Positions 36,650 to 46,553 of a stretch of 64,000 bases of DNA are shown one piece after another. Position 1 is the stretch's first letter. Each line of letters begins with the position of its first letter. Made by a program: the position numbers and the translations under genes. The notes beneath the pieces were generated by a model, which saw only the letters and a program-made list of their open reading frames with translations, did not search any database and was not told the DNA's origin. The DNA comes from a virus (lineage: Duplodnaviria > Caudoviricetes), in IMG/VR virus record IMGVR_UViG_3300032116_000009; one strand, given 5' to 3'.

Positions 36650-37315
36650 GTCTTCTGGGGTGTCTACAGAAAACACATCATGTTCTGTTTCATAAGAAAA
36701 AACAGAAACATCATTATCAAGAAACCGTAGTTGTTCCAACCTCTCAGTCTCTTCCAACTGGGAGGTTTTTAATTGACTAAAATTCTCTAAAAAATTTCTA
36801 GTGTATCCATATATTCCCATATGAATTTTTAGTTGATCAGTTCCAATAGGATGTCTACTAAAATATAGAACTTTTCCAGATTGACTAGTAACTAATTTTG
36901 GTTTATCTTGAGACTTTCCGTACTTACTATTTTTATCATATAGTTTATACGGAGTAACAACATCATAATTTTCTTTAAGGAGATGCTCATTCATTTCCAA
37001 AATAGCTTCTGGTGAAATGAATGGTTGATCACCTTGAACATTAATAATTTTTTCTCCAGGAATAGATGTCATCACATTAGAAATGCGTTCTGTTCCACTA
37101 GAGGCTTCGGCTTGTTGTAAGACTACTTTCACTTTAGTGTCTCTAACAGACTCATAAACTTCAAAACTATCTGTGATTACATAAGTTTCCAGACCAGTAA
37201 TCATACACTGGTTTACCACTCTCTGAATTAAGGTTTTACCTCCAATATCAGATAAAACTTTCTTCGGTAAACGAGAACTTTCAATTCTTGCAGGAATAAC
37301 AATAGTAGCGTTCAT
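36614..37315 (-). CDS. kdsB: CMP-KDO synthetase (3-deoxy-manno-octulosonate cytidylyltransferase)
   Basis: IPARIESSRLPKKVL, SGTER, INVQGDQP, HMGIYGY, LEQLRFL and SVDTPEDL. Confidence 0.92.
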   Translation of the reverse strand: MNATIVIPARIESSRLPKKVLSDIGGKTLIQRVVNQCMITGLETYVITDSFEVYESVRDTKVKVVLQQAEASSGTERISNVMTSIPGEKIINVQGDQPFISPEAILEMNEHLLKENYDVVTPYKLYDKNSKYGKSQDKPKLVTSQSGKVLYFSRHPIGTDQLKIHMGIYGYTRNFLENFSQLKTSQLEETERLEQLRFLDNDVSVFSYETEHDVFSVDTPEDLEDAREIVRKL

Positions 37316-37468
37316 AGATTATCATTAATTGTTTTATATTTAATTCTCTGGAATTCTTCTACTATTTCAAGAATTCTGCGAGAAGTTTTTTTAGCAGAGT
37401 CTTCATTCCAACTTTCATTAGAAACATTTAATAGATATATTTCATTAGAAATTGCGTCAATAACTTTA

Positions 37469-37708
37469 TCATAGTTTGTCATTATTGAACTCCTTATGTA
37501 ACTCTTCAGCGATTTTCATAGCTCGTCTCCACATCATATACTTTACTATTGGATTACGAGGGTTATGAATTAACCACCATTTAGTTTTCTCATACTGAAA
37601 CCTAAGAAGTTTAGTTGCAAGATCAACCAATCTAGCAACACTTGAATCGGTTACAATAAAATATGCAGCAAGTGCAAATAAGAAAAACCAAAAATAGTAG
37701 TATTCCAT
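37469..37708 (-). CDS. Conserved cyanophage hypothetical protein
   Basis: YFIVTDSSV...WWLIHNPRNPIVKYMMWRRA. Confidence 0.65.
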   Translation of the reverse strand: MEYYYFWFFLFALAAYFIVTDSSVARLVDLATKLLRFQYEKTKWWLIHNPRNPIVKYMMWRRAMKIAEELHKEFNNDKL

Positions 37709-37709
37709 T

Positions 37710-37973
37710 TTACTCCCAACGAAGTGTTTTTAAATACTCAAGGACAGTTTCTCTAACATCCATAAGTTCATGGAAGCACTTCTGATCATGTGCAGCCTGT
37801 CTAAGTTCATTGTCAGGTTTATGGACACTTTCAATAAACAAATCTAGACCCCGATTCCACTTATCCTGTTTAGATTCAGCATCATAAATGTAATAAGTTT
37901 CTTTCATTTTTTTAGTTGCAATAGGACTATTCAAAAGATTGTCGATAAAAATCTTCTTTAATAATTTGTGCAT
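37710..37973 (-). CDS. Conserved cyanophage hypothetical protein (start likely near MKETY)
   Basis: KWNRGLDLFIESVHKPDNELRQAAHDQKCFHELM. Confidence 0.65.
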   Translation of the reverse strand: MHKLLKKIFIDNLLNSPIATKKMKETYYIYDAESKQDKWNRGLDLFIESVHKPDNELRQAAHDQKCFHELMDVRETVLEYLKTLRWE

Positions 37974-38281
37974 CTTGATTTTCTGGATGTTTTTCCAAGT
38001 ACATTTTCATGGCTTTATAAACAATCCTTTGTTCTGGGATAGTAAAGTACAACACTCTGTTGATAGCCGAAACCCGAACATCAGTCATACTACTTCCTCC
38101 AAACCTTCTATGTTAGAAACGGGTACTTCATAATCAGCAATTCTGTAATAATGTTCACCTTCTCTTTGACCAAGATACTCAATATCACTACAAGAGTACT
38201 CACGCATCCATGCTTGTAGTCGCATGTGCATTAAATCTGATCGACTCGGAACGTTCATAACCAAGTTTTAAACTCTCGGTT

Positions 38282-38310
38282 ATTCTATAGTATTTAACCA
38301 CTTCGGTCAA
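38282..38310 (-). promoter_or_regulatory. Sigma70-type promoter just downstream of tRNA-Ala
   Basis: TTGACC-N17-TAGAAT. Confidence 0.55.
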
Positions 38311-38324
38311 GTGAGATTTTAAAA

Positions 38325-38397
38325 TGGAGAATAGGGGACTCGAACCCCTCACCCCTGCCGTGCAAAAGCAGTGCTCTACCAAATGAGCTAATTCCCC
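38325..38397 (-). tRNA. tRNA-Ala(UGC)
   Basis: GGGGAATTAGCTCA...CTGCT-TTTGCAC-GGCAG...GTTCGAGTCCCCT-ATTCTCCA forms a cloverleaf; CCA not encoded. Confidence 0.92.
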
Positions 38398-38405
38398 AAA
38401 GAATC

Positions 38406-38720
38406 TCAAGATTCTTGAGACAGAAATTCAACTTCGGTCTTCCATTTAAATCCTGGAGTATCCCAAGTTTGATTATTATTTAGAATTTTATTAGAATTAT
38501 CCTCAGATTCCTCAGTATTTTTTAATGAAGATATATCTTCTATTGTATTTCCTTGATAAAGTTTATTTAATTTTTCTTTACTAGGAAAATACTTTAAAAG
38601 GTACTTAGCATTTAATTTAATTTTTTCAGGAACATCTGTCAACTTTTCTAGATTTGCAAGATCTTCAAGAAAAGCTCTAGTAGCAATAAGTGAATTATGT
38701 TCTTGATGTGGCAAAATCAT
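38406..38720 (-). CDS. Hypothetical protein
   Basis: ORF with ATRAFLEDL...KYLLKYFP. Confidence 0.55.
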   Translation of the reverse strand: MILPHQEHNSLIATRAFLEDLANLEKLTDVPEKIKLNAKYLLKYFPSKEKLNKLYQGNTIEDISSLKNTEESEDNSNKILNNNQTWDTPGFKWKTEVEFLSQES

Positions 38721-38902
38721 AATTATCTTGAATACTGTTCAATAATGAATAATACCTCATTCAGGTATTTGTCGGCAAGTTCTTTCTCGCCAGGATATCT
38801 ATCTTCTTTGATCAACTTGTTTTTTAAATTGATCACTCTGACCTTAATCTCTTCTTTAGTCAGTTCATTTCTTGGCATAAAAAAGTTCCAATGCGTTCTT
38901 AT

Positions 38903-39106
38903 TTATTCTTTATTTGAATCATTATTATGTTTTTTAGAACAAGCACTTCTAGCCCAAGCACGACTCAAACTATTAACATGAGAACATGACTTTCCCTTCT
39001 GACCGCAATGAGGGCATATTGCATCAGGTGGGTCCGCAATATATCCTTCCGGTGTATACACTTTGTTTTTCAAATTCTCCGATTGTTTATGTTTTCTGGG
39101 ATTCAT
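38903..39106 (-). CDS. Small zinc-ribbon-like hypothetical protein
   Basis: CPHCG...CSHVNSLSRAWARSAC. Confidence 0.55.
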   Translation of the reverse strand: MNPRKHKQSENLKNKVYTPEGYIADPPDAICPHCGQKGKSCSHVNSLSRAWARSACSKKHNNDSNKE

Positions 39107-39411
39107 ACCCTCACAGGTTCTGCTTGTCTGTCTGGAAGCTTAATTTGTGGTAGTTTTTCTGGTTCTTTTACTTCCCAAGAACCCCCAACACCACCATCCA
39201 TATTCACCACAATCTCATTCGTTGGCAATGCCTTTGGAATCTCAATATCAATCACTGGACTCATCAGTGTTTTGTTTTTTATAATTTCACGATTTGGTCC
39301 GTCTAAATGCATCATCATTCTTGCATCTTCAAAATTACCACAATCACAGATTTTCTTATGAGTCCTTCTTTCTCTTACTGTGAAATAATCTTCATCGTTG
39401 TACTTGTTCAT
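39103..39411 (-). CDS. Conserved cyanophage hypothetical protein
   Basis: KICDCGNFEDARMM...DGGVGGSWEV. Confidence 0.65.
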   Translation of the reverse strand: MNKYNDEDYFTVRERRTHKKICDCGNFEDARMMMHLDGPNREIIKNKTLMSPVIDIEIPKALPTNEIVVNMDGGVGGSWEVKEPEKLPQIKLPDRQAEPVRV

Positions 39412-39620
39412 TAATTAAATCCTTTAGACTTACTTTTTTCTTTTTGTTTATCCAGAACTTCCACATGACTTAGAAACTGTTCTGGAGTTTGCCACCATTC
39501 TTTCCGAAGATCCTCAAAGTTATCAAAAATAGAACACTTTTTATTAGAATAAACTAATTTATAATCATGTCTATCATAGGGATGATCTGAAGTTTGTTGA
39601 AAGTTTTTTGGAAGATTCAT
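39411..39620 (-). CDS. Conserved cyanophage hypothetical protein
   Basis: PYDRHDYKLVY...LSHVEVLD. Confidence 0.65.
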   Translation of the reverse strand: MNLPKNFQQTSDHPYDRHDYKLVYSNKKCSIFDNFEDLRKEWWQTPEQFLSHVEVLDKQKEKSKSKGFN

Positions 39621-40015
39621 TACAATTATTTTCTTTTTTAGAAGGTCTGTAAAGTTGAGGCCAAGTGTCTCGAATAATTTCTGACAACTTATAAGGAGTT
39701 TCAGAAGAAATCATTTTTTTTAAAATCTACCAGGAGTATACTGCATTCCTTCCAGAAGTTCTTCCAACATTGCTCCATATTCTTTAAATCTTTTATCTCC
39801 AGCAATAAAACATCTTTGCCTCATCCAAAGAGCATCCGCAAGTAGTTTGATCTGGTCTTCTGAAAGTGATAGAGTTTTCATAGTCATAGTGCAACCTTTC
39901 TATGTATTAGAGTTTTGGGTTATAGACATTATAAACATAAAAACTCCAAAGAGAATAAAAAGTGTGAGAATCAAGATCATAAAAAAAGGAGTTCAGAGAA
40001 CTCCTTTATTTATTT

Positions 40016-41077
40016 TTAGAGTGCGTTTCCGCGAGGTAGAACTTCCTCTGGGAACACAAACTGTTCGTGAGGTTGATCTACTGGAGCCATCCAGGCACGT
40101 AGTCCTTCATTTAGAAGAATATTCTTCGTATAAAAGGTTTCAAACTCAGGGTCTTCTGCAGCCCTTACTTCCTGACTTACGAAATCATAAGCACGGAGAT
40201 TGAGAGCGAGACCAATAATGCCAATAGAAGATGTCCAGAGCCCCATAACAGGAACGAAAAGCATAAAGAAATGAAGCCAACGCTTATTGGAAAAAGCAAT
40301 ACCAAAGATCTGCGACCAGAAACGGTTAGCCGTGACCATAGAGTAAGTCTCTTCCTCTTGGGTAGGTTCAAATGCCTTAAAAGTGTTTGATTGTTCACCA
40401 TCTTCATAAAGTGTGTTTTCTACTGTTGCTCCGTGAATAGCACAGAGAAGTGCTCCACCCAGTATACCAGCAACTCCCATCATATGGAAGGGGTTGAGAG
40501 TCCAGTTGTGGAAACCCTGAAGAAACAGTAGGAAGCGGAAGATGGCAGCGACCCCAAAGGAGGGAGCAAAGAACCAACTGGATTGACCCAGTGGGTACAT
40601 CAGGAAGACGCTGACGAATACAGCGATAGGACCAGAGAATGCGATTGCATTATAAGGACGAATGCCCACTAGACGAGAGATCTCAAACTGACGCAACATG
40701 AAACCTATAAGAGCGAAGGCTCCGTGGAGCGCCACAAAAGGCCAGAGTCCCCCAAGTTGGAACCACCTGACGATATCTCCTTGAGCCTCAGGGCCCCAGA
40801 GAAGAAGAAGAGAATGACCCATAGCATCTGCTGGAGTACTAACTGCCGCAGTAAGAAAGTTTGCACCCTCAAGATAGGAGGATGCAAGGCCATGAGTGTA
40901 CCAACTCGTAACGAAAGTTGTCCCAGTAAGCCAACCACCAAGAGCAAGATAAGCTGTGGGAAAAAGAAGAAGTCCAGACCAGCCAACAAAAACGAAACGG
41001 TCTCTTTTAAGCCAGTCATCGAGTACATCGAACCATCCCCGTTGTGAAATAGGTTGTGAAAGTGTTGAAGAAGTCAT
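40016..41077 (-). CDS. psbD: Photosystem II D2 protein
   Basis: [23 protein letters not shown]...[15 protein letters not shown]...[10 protein letters not shown]; AAGGAGG SD. Confidence 0.99.
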   Translation of the reverse strand: MTSSTLSQPISQRGWFDVLDDWLKRDRFVFVGWSGLLLFPTAYLALGGWLTGTTFVTSWYTHGLASSYLEGANFLTAAVSTPADAMGHSLLLLWGPEAQGDIVRWFQLGGLWPFVALHGAFALIGFMLRQFEISRLVGIRPYNAIAFSGPIAVFVSVFLMYPLGQSSWFFAPSFGVAAIFRFLLFLQGFHNWTLNPFHMMGVAGILGGALLCAIHGATVENTLYEDGEQSNTFKAFEPTQEEETYSMVTANRFWSQIFGIAFSNKRWLHFFMLFVPVMGLWTSSIGIIGLALNLRAYDFVSQEVRAAEDPEFETFYTKNILLNEGLRAWMAPVDQPHEQFVFPEEVLPRGNAL

Positions 41078-41103
41078 AGCCTCCTTAGTTATTTCTCATA
41101 TTT

Positions 41104-41132
41104 ATCTTAACATTACTTAACAAGGAAGTCAA
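41104..41132 (-). promoter_or_regulatory. psbD promoter (sigma70 plus overlapping late ATAAATA)
   Basis: TTGACT-N17-TAAGAT, with the -10 overlapping a late-type ATAAATA. Confidence 0.7.
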
Positions 41133-41145
41133 TGAGTGTTTGTAC

Positions 41146-41268
41146 TCATCCCCAGTAAATCTGCCCGAGGGTGAATAAGACAAATACAAGAACAGTAAAT
41201 ACCATCATACCTACACCTGCCCAGATGACCCAGGAAGGCATAGGTTCGTAGTTGTGATTATGAGACAT
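41146..41268 (-). CDS. Small membrane peptide between psbA and psbD
   Basis: Hand-translated MSHNHNYEPMPSWVIWAGVGMMVFTVLVFVLFTLGQIYWG. Confidence 0.55.
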   Translation of the reverse strand: MSHNHNYEPMPSWVIWAGVGMMVFTVLVFVLFTLGQIYWG

Positions 41269-41293
41269 AAAAAAAGAGGGTTGTTACACCCTC
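41269..41293 (-). terminator. psbA terminator
   Basis: GAGGGT-loop-ACCCTC followed by a T-run. Confidence 0.75.
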
Positions 41294-41319
41294 CAATTAT
41301 ATCAGTTATTCAGTTTTTA

Positions 41320-42402
41320 TCAACCAATCGCAGGTGCGGTGAGAGCAACAGGAGTGTTCTCAGCAGCAGCAAGATCGAGAGGGAAGTTGTGAGCGTTACG
41401 CTCGTGCATCACTTCCATGCCCAGACCAGCACGATTGAGCACATCTGCCCAAGTGTTGATCACTTTACCTTGACCATCAACGATGGACTGGTTGAAGTTG
41501 AAACCGTTGAGGTTGAACGCCATCGTAGATACGCCCAGGGCAGTAAACCAGATACCGACAACAGGCCAAGCAGCAAGGAAGAAGTGTAGCGAACGAGAGT
41601 TATTGAAGGAAGCATATTGGAAGATCAGTCGTCCGAAGTATCCGTGAGCGGCAACGATGTTGTAGGTCTCTTCTTCTTGTCCGAACTTGTAACCATAGTT
41701 CTGAGACTCTTGCTCTGTCGTCTCGCGGACAAGGGAAGACGTAACCAGACTTCCGTGCATAGCACTAAACAGAGAGCCACCAAATACCCCAGCAACCCCA
41801 AGCATGTGGAACGGATGCATAAGGATATTGTGTTCTGCTTGGAAGACGAGCATGTAGTTAAACGTACCCGAGATTCCGAGAGGCATTGCGTCAGAGAAGG
41901 AACCTTGACCGAAAGGATAAACAAGGAACACCGCAGAAGCAGCAGCAACAGGAGCAGAGTAAGCAACGCAAATCCAGGGACGCATACCAAGACGGTAAGA
42001 AAGTTCCCATTCACGACCCATGTAAGCATAGATACCAATCAGAAAGTGGAAGACGACCAGTTGGAATGGTCCACCGTTGTAAAGCCACTCATCTAGGGAA
42101 GCAGCTTCCCAGATGGGATAAAAGTGCAGTCCAATAGCATTGGACGAAGGAATTACAGCACCAGAGATGATGTTGTTTCCGTACATGAGTGAACCAGCAA
42201 CGGGTTCACGGATACCATCAATGTCCACTGGGGGAGCACCGATGAATGCGATGATGAAACAAGTTGTAGCAGCAAGTAGGCAAGGAATCATGAGGACTCC
42301 AAACCAACCGACATAAAGACGGTTATCGGTTGATGTAACCCAATTGCAAAACTGTTCCCAAATATTCGATTGTGATTGTTGACGTGAAAGTGTAGCAGTC
42401 AT
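41320..42402 (-). CDS. psbA: Photosystem II D1 protein (360 aa, uninterrupted)
   Basis: MTATLSRQQ...[14 protein letters not shown]...[13 protein letters not shown]; start set at ATG 42402. Confidence 0.99.
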   Translation of the reverse strand: MTATLSRQQSQSNIWEQFCNWVTSTDNRLYVGWFGVLMIPCLLAATTCFIIAFIGAPPVDIDGIREPVAGSLMYGNNIISGAVIPSSNAIGLHFYPIWEAASLDEWLYNGGPFQLVVFHFLIGIYAYMGREWELSYRLGMRPWICVAYSAPVAAASAVFLVYPFGQGSFSDAMPLGISGTFNYMLVFQAEHNILMHPFHMLGVAGVFGGSLFSAMHGSLVTSSLVRETTEQESQNYGYKFGQEEETYNIVAAHGYFGRLIFQYASFNNSRSLHFFLAAWPVVGIWFTALGVSTMAFNLNGFNFNQSIVDGQGKVINTWADVLNRAGLGMEVMHERNAHNFPLDLAAAENTPVALTAPAIG

Positions 42403-42418
42403 TGTTTTTTTTAAAAAT

Positions 42419-42512
42419 AGTAGGACCATCAGGGAAATGGTGGTGATACTATGTTCCCGCCACCCTCAGGCAGGATATGAGAGACGTTTTTATACTCCCC
42501 ATAGGTCTCGGT
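42419..42512 (-). ncRNA. PhotoRC-II-like structured 5' UTR of phage psbA
   Basis: CCGAGAC...GTCTC hairpin, ATCC-GCC-TGAGG-GTGGC-GGA region and CACCACCATTTCCCTGATGGT. I recall this as the conserved cyanophage psbA leader; an Rfam scan is needed. Confidence 0.65.
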
Positions 42513-42562
42513 TAGTGGGAGTTCGACAATGTTACGAGAACTTTTGGTTTCGTAACATTTGT

Positions 42563-43381
42563 TTACCTATTTATCATACTACGGGTTCCCATGGGTGTCA
42601 AGGGCCTTGGGCCCCAATCAACGTTGTCATCCATTACATACTCAACATTGTCCAAAACCAACCTATCCAAAAGATTTTGATAGTCACTAAAAGTCAAACA
42701 CTTTGTAGTCATTATAACAGGATACATTCTTTTCCAAAGATCAAAATCATTTTCCCTTAAAGTCAAAAAAACTCCTGGTTCTGGTTTATCTTTTAACTCT
42801 AGTTTCTTATATTCTTCATAGGCTATTTCAATGCCAATAATTCTCTGAATATCTTTCCTATAAAAATCTAAAAACAAAGTAGAATTACTCAGATCAATAT
42901 CTTTCCAACTATCATTATTGACGATATCACTAACCAAATCCGAAAGATTATGGTTCGATTCTGGGTCATCTTTAGTTCTATTAAAAATTACATCAACTTT
43001 TTTGTCTGGGAAGTAATTAGAAATTATTAAAACTCTACCTGCACCAGAACATATATGAGTTAAATTTACGTCGGAAACAATAGGAAATCTAAAAGATTGT
43101 TCCGTTAAAAGGGCTTTATATAGATGAGGCAACTTTGTAAAATTACTTATCTTACAATGTTTGCAGGATTCCTCAAAAGTTTTATAAGGTCCATACTTTA
43201 TTTTTAAGACTAATTTTATAAAATCACACAGATAATCCTCAGTAAAAATCTGAGGAACGTTTATAGATTTTTTGTAGACATAAGAAATCTGGATATCTTT
43301 TGGATCTATTTCTCGATACTTAGAAATAGCCCAATAACTAGGATCACAATATTTCTCGTAACATAAAATATTTTTTATCAT
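42563..43381 (-). CDS. Paralog A of a five-member uncharacterised family (ParB/Srx-like motif)
   Basis: FTKLPHLY...SFRFPI...SGAGRVLIISNYFP...WKDIDLS. Confidence 0.65.
   Translation of the reverse strand: MIKNILCYEKYCDPSYWAISKYREIDPKDIQISYVYKKSINVPQIFTEDYLCDFIKLVLKIKYGPYKTFEESCKHCKISNFTKLPHLYKALLTEQSFRFPIVSDVNLTHICSGAGRVLIISNYFPDKKVDVIFNRTKDDPESNHNLSDLVSDIVNNDSWKDIDLSNSTLFLDFYRKDIQRIIGIEIAYEEYKKLELKDKPEPGVFLTLRENDFDLWKRMYPVIMTTKCLTFSDYQNLLDRLVLDNVEYVMDDNVDWGPRPLTPMGTRSMINR
42568..42601 (-). promoter_or_regulatory. psbA promoter (sigma70 plus overlapping late ATAAATA)
   Basis: TTGACA-N17-TATGAT overlapped by ATAAATA. Confidence 0.75.
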
Positions 43382-44247
43382 ATTAAAACTTCAGTCTCCG
43401 AAATTATATTATCTAATAATTTTAGATAATCTTTTTCTTCATTAAGATTAGAATTAATTATTAATTCATAAATTGTTTTCCAGACAATATCCTTAGATAA
43501 AATCTTATCATAAAAATTTTTGTTATTTTTATTAAATTCTATACCTTCAATGTAGTAAATATCTTTCATCTTACCAAACATTTTGGCATGGCCACGTTGA
43601 AGTTCTTTTCCTATAATTATATCTACATAATCAAATTCAATATTTGATTTCAGTTGAATGTGATTACAGAGATCTTCAATTGTGTTAAAACAAATATCTC
43701 CTCTTGATTTCCCGTTAACTTTATCACTTATGGCATAGTCTACTCTAATATCTGGAAAATATAAATGACCCAATAATGCCCTAGAAACTCCAGTTATTTG
43801 ATATAGTTTTATATTATCATTTAAATCATAAACAGATGTCATTAAAAAAGGCATCATAAATTTACCAAAATTTTTAAGATCTCGATAAAGATATGGTAAT
43901 GTCATCAAAAAAGATCTCATAAAACCCGTCTTATCGGTGATACAAGTTTCATGAGGAAATCTAGTAGGCACAATATAATTGGAACCCATAGAATACTGCA
44001 TAGTTTGTTCGAAGTATTCAGATATTCCATATTTTTCTGAATTACTTTTCACATCATTTATATCGGTAACAAAAGTATTCCACGATCTATTAAAAACTAT
44101 TGGAGAAATCTTAACGTTTTCTATGTAGTTTACTCGGATTTCTCTATTTGATATCTCTTCAAGATGTTCTTCTATGTCAGGATCAATATCATCAAATATT
44201 TTGTTCTTAGAGCTATCATTAAATTGATAATAATAATTGATATTCAT
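43378..44247 (-). CDS. Paralog B (most divergent)
   Basis: LPYLYRDL...FMMPF...TGVSRALLGHLYFPD...YYIEGIEF. Confidence 0.6.
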   Translation of the reverse strand: MNINYYYQFNDSSKNKIFDDIDPDIEEHLEEISNREIRVNYIENVKISPIVFNRSWNTFVTDINDVKSNSEKYGISEYFEQTMQYSMGSNYIVPTRFPHETCITDKTGFMRSFLMTLPYLYRDLKNFGKFMMPFLMTSVYDLNDNIKLYQITGVSRALLGHLYFPDIRVDYAISDKVNGKSRGDICFNTIEDLCNHIQLKSNIEFDYVDIIIGKELQRGHAKMFGKMKDIYYIEGIEFNKNNKNFYDKILSKDIVWKTIYELIINSNLNEEKDYLKLLDNIISETEVLI

Positions 44248-45053
44248 TTAAATTTCCAAGTATATAATTTTTTAGTTAGAGAAAGATTATCAAAAATTAT
44301 TTGATCCAATAAAACTACAAGATCATTGTAGTTATTGACATCAAAATTGATAATGGATTCTTTAATACTATTCCAAAGTTCTATGTTTGCACTTTTTTCA
44401 ATAAAAGATTCGGGTATTCTAGCTTTATAATTATTGAAATAATCTTCGTCAGTAATGTCTATTGATTTAATATAATACAAATCCTGAAAATTTTCAATAG
44501 TCATAATAATAACTTTGTTGGATAAATCAAAATCTTTCCAATATCGATTTTCTAAAACTGAATCTATAAACCTATGACAAATTTCTTCAGACCCTACCCC
44601 GTAATCTGAAGAATGAACTGAGATATCAAATTCAAATTCTGGAAAATATCTATATGCAATAAGTGCTCTACCATGTCCACCAGCTTGTAATTGATTCTTA
44701 GATCTCAAAGTATGTGGAGTGTAGATGAATGGGTACATGTAAGACTTATGTTCGATCAAATCCAAGTAAAGGTATCCCAACTTTGTGAATATATCAAAAT
44801 ATATTGGCTCAAAAATTCCAGGGGGACCACCATATGGAACTCCATTTACATATTCTTTTTCATAAGAAGAATCAACATATGTCTTTTTCACATCCAAAAC
44901 ATCACTCATAAAGACTTTGAGAGATTCATTAAACCTGTCCTCAACAATCTTTTGGTTTCTACGATATTCAAAATTCATTACCTTTAATGGATTTGTTTTA
45001 GAAAAAAACAATCTCTCACCGGTAACGTCATCAAAATATTTTATATCATACAT
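44244..45053 (-). CDS. Paralog C
   Basis: MYDIKYFDD...FTKLGYLYLDL...YMYPF...GGHGRALIAYRYFPE...KKLYTWK. Confidence 0.7.
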   Translation of the reverse strand: MYDIKYFDDVTGERLFFSKTNPLKVMNFEYRRNQKIVEDRFNESLKVFMSDVLDVKKTYVDSSYEKEYVNGVPYGGPPGIFEPIYFDIFTKLGYLYLDLIEHKSYMYPFIYTPHTLRSKNQLQAGGHGRALIAYRYFPEFEFDISVHSSDYGVGSEEICHRFIDSVLENRYWKDFDLSNKVIIMTIENFQDLYYIKSIDITDEDYFNNYKARIPESFIEKSANIELWNSIKESIINFDVNNYNDLVVLLDQIIFDNLSLTKKLYTWKFK

Positions 45054-45056
45054 AAC

Positions 45057-45851
45057 TCATTTCCATGTATAAAGTTTTTTAGCAAGAGGTAGAGTATCAA
45101 ATATTACGTGGTCAAGTATTTCAAAAAATCCATCAATATTATTTTGAAGTTTATAATTAATGATCACATCTTTCATGCGGTGCCATATTTCTATCTTACA
45201 AGAGTTTTCCAGAAAATAATCTGGTCTAATATTCTGAAACGTTTGATAGTAATTATCGTCTACGAATTCTATAGACTTAATAAAAAATAAATCTCTATCA
45301 TTCAATTTATAGTCTTCAACATTTTCAATATTGAGAATTATTGTTTTATCCGAAATATCAATATTTTTCCAATATGTTCCGTTCTTAACTTTGTCCACAA
45401 AATCTTGCATTAATTCTTCCGACCCTATCCCAAAACTGGTTGAGTTAACAACGAAATCAAAAGTTTTCTCTGGAAAATATCTCCAGGCCAATAATGATCT
45501 ACCATGACCAGATTTAATAACATCATCGTTTAGAACGATAGGATACATAAAACTCTTCTCAAGAAGAAGATCCAGATACAAATAAACTAATTTAGTAAAT
45601 CTATCAAAGTAAACTTTATTTTGTCGTTGACCTTCTAATCTTTCGATATATGAAATCTCACTACAAAATGGTCCATCCATATCCCTACACTCTAAGACAT
45701 CCTCCATAAAAACTCTGAGGCCATCTTTATACATTTCCTTTGTTATTTTTTCACTTTCTCTATATTCAAATCCCATTATTTGTAAAGGATTTTCTTCCGT
45801 AAATATTAATTCCTCTCCCGACTGATCATGAAAATATTTTATATCATACAT
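45057..45851 (-). CDS. Paralog D
   Basis: MYDIKYFHD...FTKLVYLYLDL...FMYPI...SGHGRSLLAWRYFPE...KKLYTWK; start set at ATG 45851. Confidence 0.7.
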   Translation of the reverse strand: MYDIKYFHDQSGEELIFTEENPLQIMGFEYRESEKITKEMYKDGLRVFMEDVLECRDMDGPFCSEISYIERLEGQRQNKVYFDRFTKLVYLYLDLLLEKSFMYPIVLNDDVIKSGHGRSLLAWRYFPEKTFDFVVNSTSFGIGSEELMQDFVDKVKNGTYWKNIDISDKTIILNIENVEDYKLNDRDLFFIKSIEFVDDNYYQTFQNIRPDYFLENSCKIEIWHRMKDVIINYKLQNNIDGFFEILDHVIFDTLPLAKKLYTWK

Positions 45852-46509
45852 TTGACATCTCTCCAAAATATTTTTTCCAAATTTCAGAATACTCACAATC
45901 TCTATAATTTTCAAACCAAGGACCACCCTCAGTATAATGTAATGCTTTTGGATTACCCTCCTTATACCAACCAACTAACCAATTCCATTCCAAAGGCAAC
46001 TCCCCAATCTCATCATCTTTTAGCCAAGTAAATCTATGCAGTTCTTGAGGAGATAACTTATTAACGGTTTCTACATTTAGATTTTTATTGGATGGATGAT
46101 TACAGTTCCACAAAATAAGAGAACTCCAGTTCTTTCTGGGATAATTCACTTGCAATTGTCCATCCATTTTAATTTTATTTATTGGGTTGTATTCGTGTTT
46201 GACAACTAAAACTGCATACTTATCGTCTCTGAATTTAAACAGTTCTTCTATATCAGATAGCCATAAAAAATCACAATCACAAAAAACAGACCAACCAGAA
46301 TAATTAGATAAGTGTGGAGTTAAAAATCTTGTATATGAAAATTCAGTTGAGGATGGCTCATCAAAAGGTCTATAATAACAACCAGATGATCTTAAATCCG
46401 ATTGTATTAAAGGTATAACTTCTACCTTAGATTGATGTTTTATAAGACTATATTTACAAACCTGATATGCAACATCTTCTCTAGAATCATATCCAATAAA
46501 AACTTTCAT
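45844..46509 (-). CDS. Glycosyltransferase (GT-A fold, GT8-like phage family)
   Basis: KVFIGYDSRE, STEFSYTRF, FCDCDFLW (DxD), YPRKNWSS, EWNWLVG and HYTEGGPWF. Confidence 0.85.
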   Translation of the reverse strand: MKVFIGYDSREDVAYQVCKYSLIKHQSKVEVIPLIQSDLRSSGCYYRPFDEPSSTEFSYTRFLTPHLSNYSGWSVFCDCDFLWLSDIEELFKFRDDKYAVLVVKHEYNPINKIKMDGQLQVNYPRKNWSSLILWNCNHPSNKNLNVETVNKLSPQELHRFTWLKDDEIGELPLEWNWLVGWYKEGNPKALHYTEGGPWFENYRDCEYSEIWKKYFGEMSNV

Positions 46510-46553
46510 TACCAATAATCAATCTATATAATTTAATTATTCTATTATTTAAC

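Noticed and set aside
38200-38409. 69 aa ORF overlapping tRNA-Ala, and nearby hairpins as a possible ncRNA
   Set aside because: The ORF is a read-through of the tRNA. The hairpins coincide with a promoter and 5' UTR and lack further support.
39847-42137. Long ORFs antisense to or out of frame with psbD and psbA (e.g. 40724-41047, 41617-42096, 40705-41028)
   Set aside because: Shadow ORFs produced by the biased codon usage of highly conserved genes; no SD and no recognisable motifs.
41146-42402. Possible group I intron or homing endonuclease in or after psbA, as in some cyanophages
   Set aside because: psbA is a continuous 360 aa frame, and the psbA-psbD spacer holds only a terminator, a 40 aa peptide and a promoter.
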